Source of the DNA: an uncultured Ignavibacteriota bacterium
GTDB taxonomy: Bacteria; Bacteroidota; Ignavibacteria; Palsa-1295
Reading direction: 5' to 3'
NCBI GenBank assembly: GCA_903900335.1
Contig: CAIUMP010000030.1
Coordinates: 8,068-72,067, forward strand
Length of the DNA stretch: 64,000 nt
The stretch's first letter is position 1. Each line of letters starts with the position of its first letter. The translations under genes and the position numbers were made by a program. Shown here in pieces: positions 60,801-64,000 of this stretch. Under the pieces are notes generated by a model, which did no database searches, was not told the DNA's origin, and was given only the letters and a program-made list of their open reading frames with translations.

Positions 60801-61024
60801 TGCCAGCCAACACCAAACCCTACGTCAGTGAAGTTCGCTGAGGGGAGACCGCTTTCGAAATCCTCCGAAAGGTAGGTCTGAGCGCGGAGAGGTACCGCGG
60901 ACAGAACGGCGGTCAGTAGCAGGGTAGCGGTCAGCAGAAGTGCACGAACAGTGCGTGCTGGGAAGCTGATAGAGGATGGACGATCATCGCGTGATGTCGA
61001 GTGGACGCTAACAACAGTGCTCAT
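48803..61024 (-). CDS. Giant (4073-aa) T9SS-sorted protein with an N-terminal MAM-like domain and at least six tandem right-handed beta-helix cassettes.
   Basis: A single 12.2-kb ORF. It has a signal peptide (ALLLTATLLLTAVLSAVPLRAQ). The N-terminal domain ends DFFGWLIDNISV. Recurring cassette N-caps include LAGNYNVGVGQYAPTIKAAFDSV..., LSGLYTVGSGQWAPTFKAAFDSL... and LAGTYNIGVGKDFANLSVAAQAA.... Recurring C-caps include IESGGIPVAGVTVDLDGDTRNATTPDIGADEGNF and close variants. The C-terminus is a T9SS sorting domain: DYPNPFSLSENASTKITW...SGTYMVTLKALTADGQTSSTTVKIVLTK. Confidence 0.85.
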   Translation of the reverse strand: MSTVVSVHSTSRDDRPSSISFPARTVRALLLTATLLLTAVLSAVPLRAQTYLSEDFESGLPSANFTDVGFGVGWQTNSTYTFGGTKAAWFQTAGTSSPTLNNDALTSRAFSLSGSTKPILTFWHIAALERFYDQAIVEVSTDNGVTWVIPSNTQYNGNSWRKTGAYPAGGATTTYVDGPYFDAQSRPEWDIKFTATSSAPTTGQSMWMKEVFDLSAFKSASVKIRFRVKSNSSNDFFGWLIDNISVAEAPPTISGTRLIGTGGYASFRAAAQALADSGVGSGGVTILAAPGTYNDSLIIGYYRGVSASNRVVFKSQNGPSSVFIQRNGNPNFSGQPSVTSGYSNTQFFAAAVLMSGAQYVTFNGITVQQLNWSVANTNYALSVGFFLTGGCRFDSVYQCSAILQNRYYYSVGMMVSSSYYNSAPGIPNVANKLVNDTIVAWNGVMFQSYFPTMAVYDSLNELNATVQGGTFLNLGQPTTASSISSYSTCYNMGGYGQVGLVINNVKSSMGVYGLTGPSTNFTYYGFYGAGGYLINPTISNNIWTNVGYHPTTPNTYMYGFAVYLSGNTVVRAKVLNNMVSDWWDYYGYYKFYVSSTIETLLQGNTVTRMNCYYPSSYYAFYISSNLRPRIIGNKIKDIRFGLYSASSTGTWYGMYLTSNLGGTVVYNNMISDINFNYTSSYSGSAVYGIYYSPGSPAAFSGQLYPSMRDSICNNTIWFGMQSGAASPAYGFTTYCLYVSPSATTGVELYILNNIIGNRTQTTGVAGYYAYGIYRASTSGTVFEDFNDYYVNTTGSGSDPYHCTGYYGNYGYMLSDYKSLTSAYYQNIHSFTELPPFSTTDSLNYINGSTSRLWRAGKALASVTTDYNGASRNIAPTIGASEGSLAVSSTDDVGPAITYARVSKTQSTGAITISATITDPNGVNTSTYPPIIYYKASSSAFWSSATGSNVGGSIFNFTIPGQSYGTKMQFYLAAQDNMAIPNPSTYPNGGSGFNPPGSTPPGNTNYMTFWDTVHVYGPLSGDYLIAGTGANFPSLKAALDSVEQAGVSGPVRFLINTATLTETVGPLQLQGPIMGSSPTNTITIKPNVGFSPQVNITQTNYTAPFAFEIAGVSNVIIDGSNTTGGTTRDMTWTGGTNSSTTQNLYQIYVLPCVSLFDGTPLNTSNVTIKNLNIRGGYNTALTSALADYGVYAITSVSGNAGSTTVSDLTVTNNSLSQVAVGVRLVGQSPDFYDLPLKRIVVTNNLIGPGASGTDSVCSTGVVIQGADSCTVDNNDIQRIYEGTGTANLYGLQIPSSVGAVSNLKFTRNKIHNIRLQGTSGTIYGIFESNNFPPLANNLFANNMVYDLHITNPSYTGGTSSTAPAVAGIFISSGVGDIIANNTVELFDTSVTYTYASAQYTEAFGTSSGAFGLTVVNNIFSNGIRMNPTLGFNVGYMTYYGAGDIKFSDNNIIAAPGNHGFLGYDGSRTKYVGSFDSLKMMTSGDIHSWQANAPFVSLTDPHLLTTVPTRAESGGIPVAGVTVDLDGDTRNATTPDIGADEGNFATAAIDVAINSVSLPASGAKFIAGTGVRPIISVTNFGTTNAYSVPVVSQIIDSSTFAITTVSGVIDSVRAGETRTLQIDSVTYPLLHTYGHRIYVNATADALRTNDSSGVLRITTAAGLSGLYTVGSGQWAPTFKAAFDSLVNYGLAGNVTFQLTDATYNSPAFNTAYIGNGGAILGANSGRRLRIKPASGVNATVHFWGNGSSASVATAYTTAYPGLGLVNTQFLTIDGSNTEGGTTQNLTFIIHPTISSYSPVILMSAAQNDSIKNCVIQDSTFYSGMSGSGWSSYPIGLLLTGPSGGTPSSFNIFKNNWIRDCYYGLYNYGVGSSTVLANGNQFIGNKFSRFSYCAIYNSYYTTNTLFQGNLIQSDTVVPLSTLYPVFLYGQYGQTNFIGNRIWKLRSSYAGAYIYAGIYAYAGGALIANNLVAMEHDTQSSVYIEYPLFFEYTAPYSTYGPSQVYYNTFYVGGNSATYNGYYMNYIYYHGGDIKNNVFVYDRLAPLSSYFMYDYNAVNLVENYNNNLYYIGASSQGTFAYYYNGTTSTTYSNLAAWQAGTGQDLNSWYERQIWQDSVGGNFAPALGVPTRIESHASPIAGITTDINGNTRNARYPDIGAFEGNYTSEFNVDAVATSMSQPTTGTHFYANSSISAVANFRNGGVVAMTNTPITYQVLDGNGIVQATFNTTISSMAVAGSPTAASTFTFTPTTAGQWQIRAFATAPGEEFTVDDTVSVTINVTVGLAGNYNVGVGQYAPTIKAAFDSVARNGVIGAVNFNLTDNTYNEPSITGNQTWSESSSTPITFKPIPGITPVINFSPTALRPWGIRLNSMPSITFDGSNTAGGVTRNTTFQFAAGNTFGQSVFWLVDSVGGAGDNNFVLKNARVISGGTTGTVAGIYAAGSSLGSTGSHNGVIIQNNEIRNAAYGIVISGPTGTPNSGLVITGNQIGPLVGDNTLRIGIEGITISGSTGNTITSNEITGIYSSTGGVAAIDLTGTATGGTIALNKLHDIEAFGATSGSARGIVDNGGGGVTISNNMIWHVISNSSVTTGAGANAGIYLGAASGDRLYFNSIGLTGNRDTTGIGGTGGVSAALYVASTASNLTLVNNIFGNQQTEPSGGRRAYGYVIEAVSSLATASNNNISGTGTSANATNALIAGTSYTRAVQIRTALGGALETSSFTPTPVFISDANLYINTSAPTLIESGGIPVGGITTDIDGNVRNASTPDVGANEGNFLKAVDVIGVSIDQPLNNSAYRPNTATPHVMATFRNGAAGTGTNIPVTAVTYDSLVGSKRLSTTVIIPTLGPGASTQVTFDSLLLPDIGSYSVYAYANYGFDVDNTNDTTASIRVIVCQPLAGTYNIGVGKDFANLSVAAQAAHDCGVQMRVNFILNDASYNEPSPISFSGIVGLGNANIIVVKPAVGVSPVMNIASSPSKNYGILLDSASYVIFDGSNTSNGTTRNWTINLTGANSTASVFLVRDGSSDTIKNTIIRNIAVASGAGITVGPTRIAMSSTMIMNNDIASAASGIVVSSSAFTNSGLGIWNNAITGFSSYGIQIGDKVTNAMIRGNAISSGATAAASTSMTGILVSGGNTGSVEIGANKVMDFSTSATNPVLLGIGLSSTLPGSSNRVFDNMISLGRQTSMPTATIYGIQLNNSTSAVIQNNTVALGGTSTGSGSSYALWGNAPLNVALNNNIFYNGRTNGAGATGSNFASYSPALPTGTFTSDYNDWFTAAGPNAMLAQAQGLNMPTLVAWRMVTTGTAWGMQDRNSVSEQPNFVGTSDLHITLVPSRIQNGGMPGSRGPSGAQDYDIDGNPRGYVPDIGATEFDGPRNNRLAGSYTIDPSTGNYPTLASAIRSLNANGVDAAVDIYMLNGTDTTSTPLTLVPADGIGQNNPVRFHAAAGKNSAIVGTSIPNLLGPTNLTSVLVFDSAANNIVIDGNNGVTAKRSLSIINATGGFANSAIIMTNGASNNAVNNAVIATPSSTRTMDHSGASLGVVSVVSGSYGGGEVNDGLANDSISFGWNGVYSFGAAGAPVSGLTVRQSKIQDFNSSGIFFGNWTSNSTADGNYISNPTYYGADATVRGIRLSSDVNSSGNAAGQNAIINVRSTTTSNVTGVEVTGGYLPFIYNNFIVLSDNTTGSLRGIDEASNATAAPTFARIFFNSINLYGTKSDLSPNDYAIAVLAQDGVGNRDSVMDNIFSLHRIGSYQNTVFALGAQLAADFDAVDFNDYFMPSGNAALLGSVSFPSLATLRAIPSWTGRDANSITGDPKFVSNTDLHLSTYASAVFYKGSFMPTITGDIDYQGRTSIPKPEIGADENAYLGTLPVELLSLNATGLNRRVDVTFRTAEEKNAYGFAVLRSDAPDHAFTEIASAYGTKDLLAGGSASAQGSNYSFVDNTVVNGMTYFYKVVAIDNDGTRETFDRIAEATPMAFEKFSILGDYPNPFSLSENASTKITWSAGAPSTQVEIVVMDLLGHAVRTLVDGPIESAGVFTADWDGKDGSGSMMPSGTYMVTLKALTADGQTSSTTVKIVLTK

Positions 61025-61925
61025 AATTGTAATTGATCAACCCGGATTGGTTGCTGCTCGATCAGAAGCAGTCGCCTTCCGGCAGTTAGGAAACAGTACT
61101 TGAAACTTGAATTTTCTCTCAGTAGCAGAATCAGGGGATTAGAAAACTACGGCAGCACAGACCAAATGCCGGTCATCCTTGGAGGATCGGTCAGCCAGAT
61201 AAGTGCCAGTTCTACGCACACGTAGCTCATTTACTCAAAAAAGAACAGCGCTTAGAAAACAACTCCTAACCGGTCGCAGCGGCGCTCATGTCATCCAGTA
61301 ATGCTGACATACTCGCTGCGACGCACCTTCTCGCGTTATGCGCTTGACCCGGCAAGCGGAAGCATGCAGGCACCAAGCCCTACGCATTCTAACTTCGCCA
61401 AAACGGGAAGCCGCATTCGACGCGAAGTCCAATATCTCCCACAACGACGGATGAGTCTTCATCCAAACTGAGCTCTTCGCGATACCCCCTTCATCGCGAG
61501 AGTCCATTCCTCGTATCGGCACCAAAATGGATATTACCTTATCTATCCATCTAGGCTAAGCACTCTGCCTGCGTCACTTCTTGAGGCTTGTGCTGAGCTC
61601 CGCCTAGGCTGATGCTACGCCCTCAACGGAGACAGCAAGCACAGTGCAGGATTGCTGGAGTACACACTGCCCGCGTAAGACATTACCGCCGAATGGAAGA
61701 TAATTCACACCGTCCAGGATTGACTCCTTAGGGCCGATAGATATTATCAAACATGTAAATATACGACGAAAAATCAGAGCCGAACTGGAACCGTGACTGT
61801 TTCAAAAGGAACGCGCCGAATTCCGCTTGGTTTCAAGCTTCTGACCGCCCCTGGAGGCGCGCCATCTCCCGAATACGCAGCCAGCCGTACGCAGGAGGTA
61901 GCGCGAAAACACCACTCCACTTGGC

Positions 61926-63164
61926 CTATTTAATGGTCGTGCCATCTGCATTTACGCGCAGAAGGAAGAGCTGACGCCGCGAAGGTCGCCCGCCGAAACT
62001 AGTAGTGACCCCGCCAATTGCGAAACCGTGATCTGGTGTTTCCAGGATTCCCGCGGGAATATCTCCTCCCTCAAACGGATAGGTCTGATGGGGCCACACC
62101 TCCTTGCCGCTGTCATCAAACCGGAACATCACAATGGAGGTGTCTCCTGCGGCATTAGCAGTAAAACCGGTCACAGCAAGCCCGCCACTTGAAGCGGAGA
62201 TGACATTTGTGAACGAATTGTGAATGTCGAGGGAGAAATTCTTGTACCAGATAGGCTGAGATGTTCCGTCAAGGGAGGCGAAAGAAAGGAGCGCTATCGA
62301 GGCAGCCGTGGGGACGCTCGAGGTGCTAAATATGGAAGAATCCCCCACGACCACATAGTTTTGGCCATTTGTGCGCAAAACAGAACGAAGGGTGCCGCCG
62401 TGATTGCTGAACATGGCAGAACTTCCCAATTGCCCGTTGATGCTTGAGAAGACCCACGGCTCCGCATTGCTAGAATTCTTAACGAACGTACCCAGCCCCA
62501 CCCAATCATTCGATTGCCCTGGCGACAAAATAAGAGCTTTGTAATCGTCCCCCTTTTGTTTGTCCGATACAATGTCGAGCCCAGTGGAATCCGCGGTCGC
62601 GGACAAGTAGAGGAAGATCCCGTCGTAGCAAGAGTACAAGCCGTTATGACGCCAACCTTCGACAACGAAGCTGCCATTGCCCAACTGGCACACGGCGGAG
62701 GCGTGGCTAACATCCTGAGAAACCGCGAAGGGCTTGGCTGAGAGCACCTTTCCCAAGGCATCAATGTGGAAGACCTCGATCGAACTTCGATTTGGGCCAG
62801 TGTTCAACGTGCCCACGACAATAATGCTTCCGTCGCTCAGCACGACACAATCAGCAGCGACAAAATCCAACGAGTCGCCATACCGTTTTGAAGAGATCAG
62901 ATTTCCGCTGAGATCGCAGGTCGTTATTTCGAAATTTGATATGGTACCAGTGTCTCCGCGAGGTACCGAAACAGTTGTTAGAAAGAGGATATTACCGTCT
63001 TTCGTTTTCCGCATCGCATTGACCGCTTGCGGAGGATCGACTCCAAGCAGTCGAATATAGTTTGGCGAGGAGGCACCCGAATCCAACGGTACTTTGCATT
63101 GCACGGCAGACATGGCGAGCACGACTGCGATCAGATAAAGAAAGCCATTGTTCCGTTTCGCCAT
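61926..63164 (-). CDS. Hypothetical lipoprotein, beta-propeller-like.
   Basis: The signal and lipobox read MAKRNNGFLYLIAVVLAMSAVQC. Repetitive beta-strand blocks (VVVGDSS, IVVGTLN, AIGGVTT) suggest a propeller. Confidence 0.45.
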   Translation of the reverse strand: MAKRNNGFLYLIAVVLAMSAVQCKVPLDSGASSPNYIRLLGVDPPQAVNAMRKTKDGNILFLTTVSVPRGDTGTISNFEITTCDLSGNLISSKRYGDSLDFVAADCVVLSDGSIIVVGTLNTGPNRSSIEVFHIDALGKVLSAKPFAVSQDVSHASAVCQLGNGSFVVEGWRHNGLYSCYDGIFLYLSATADSTGLDIVSDKQKGDDYKALILSPGQSNDWVGLGTFVKNSSNAEPWVFSSINGQLGSSAMFSNHGGTLRSVLRTNGQNYVVVGDSSIFSTSSVPTAASIALLSFASLDGTSQPIWYKNFSLDIHNSFTNVISASSGGLAVTGFTANAAGDTSIVMFRFDDSGKEVWPHQTYPFEGGDIPAGILETPDHGFAIGGVTTSFGGRPSRRQLFLLRVNADGTTIK

Positions 63165-63170
63165 GCCCTA

Positions 63171-64000
63171 CTATGATTTGTGTTCGCGAAATCCGAAGAG
63201 AAGATTCACCCCAAGCGAGAACTCGAATCCTCGGAGTGCTATGTCATCATCTTCGAAATAGCCGGGAAGGAAGAGACTACTGGTGTACCTGGCCGAAGGC
63301 CGCGTCAGGTCGACGAGCCCATTCCAATATCGCGCACGTAAGACGAGGTCGCTTGTCGATGAAAGAGGATACAAAGCGCCTGCGCCGACTACCCACCCGT
63401 AGTTGAACGTCTTTCTTCTGTCGGAGGTGTTGCCGTCTGGCAACAATGTTGAGCCTCCTCCAGCAGCGGTCGCGGTACCTAGCTGGGTTACGGTGATCTT
63501 TGCCACAACGGAGGTGAGCCACTGTCCAAAGCCGCCTGCTTCAACGAACGGCTGAACCTTCCAATCGAAGAGCTTCAGCCGCCCGAAGACCGGAAGGGCG
63601 AGCGAAGAGATGTTCTCAGCGTAGAGCGTCGAGACGCCTGGAACTGGGTGGGTATCCCGCGAAAGATCCTCATACAGCAGAACCACATCCGTCGCCAGAC
63701 TTACATTCGGATAGACCTGGAAGGCAAATTCACCACCAAAATTCGTTTTTGAGGGAGTTGTGTAATCGGAGGCGCTTGCAAAAGTCTGAGTTACGGAATT
63801 CGCCTGTAATACGCCAACTGTCGGCTTGTAAAATTGAACGAAAGCACCCACGGCAAAGCGTGAATAGTAGGTGTAAGGCTCAAGCGCCTTTATGAATTCG
63901 TATGGATCTCGCTCTGGTGCGGACTTGTACATCGGGTTCAGCCGCAACATCGAGGAGATCGCCATGTCTGCACTGTCGGTTTGGTTGAGCAGCAAGTAGG
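63171..64000 (-). CDS. Outer-membrane beta-barrel protein (PorT/OmpA-like). The N-terminus probably lies beyond the window edge.
   Basis: The C-terminus is GVNLLFGFREHKS with amphipathic strands. No signal peptide follows the Met at 63995, and the frame stays open to the window end. Confidence 0.5.
   Translation of the reverse strand, partial: YLLLNQTDSADMAISSMLRLNPMYKSAPERDPYEFIKALEPYTYYSRFAVGAFVQFYKPTVGVLQANSVTQTFASASDYTTPSKTNFGGEFAFQVYPNVSLATDVVLLYEDLSRDTHPVPGVSTLYAENISSLALPVFGRLKLFDWKVQPFVEAGGFGQWLTSVVAKITVTQLGTATAAGGGSTLLPDGNTSDRRKTFNYGWVVGAGALYPLSSTSDLVLRARYWNGLVDLTRPSARYTSSLFLPGYFEDDDIALRGFEFSLGVNLLFGFREHKS

Overview
This is a GC-rich (about 55-60%) bacterial chromosomal segment with a Bacteroidota/Ignavibacteriota-like signature. 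At least seven proteins end in a type IX secretion system (T9SS) C-terminal sorting domain of the PNPF...GxY type. The window also holds a PorX-type response regulator (receiver plus PglZ domain), many PorT/OmpA-like outer-membrane beta-barrels, and ordinary housekeeping genes (DEAD-box helicase, recO, tsaE/tsaB, hutU, purB, an ABC-2 transporter pair). Coding density is high. I saw no rRNA, tRNA, CRISPR array, transposase or integrase. The window is dominated by large secreted beta-helix/Ig-repeat proteins, including a 12.2-kb (4073-aa) gene. The features most worth a second look are these: (1) a 4.3-kb beta-helix T9SS gene followed directly by a standalone paralogue of its own C-terminal module, with a near-identical ~140-bp nucleotide tract pointing to recent duplication or gene conversion; (2) a cluster of four ~47-bp palindromic hairpin elements (ATGTCCGCC-N12-CCTAGG-N12-GGCGGACAT) in a 560-bp convergent intergenic region; (3) a 139-aa lipoprotein that is little more than a signal peptide fused to a T9SS sorting domain, in a tight cluster with an outer-membrane beta-barrel and a secreted pepsin-fold-like protein; (4) a HEPN/MNT toxin-antitoxin pair wedged between porX and tsaE; (5) a long edge-truncated glycoside-hydrolase-like gene on the minus strand at 1-2739 that the ORF track omits. 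I could not run any searches, so all family assignments rest on motifs read by eye.
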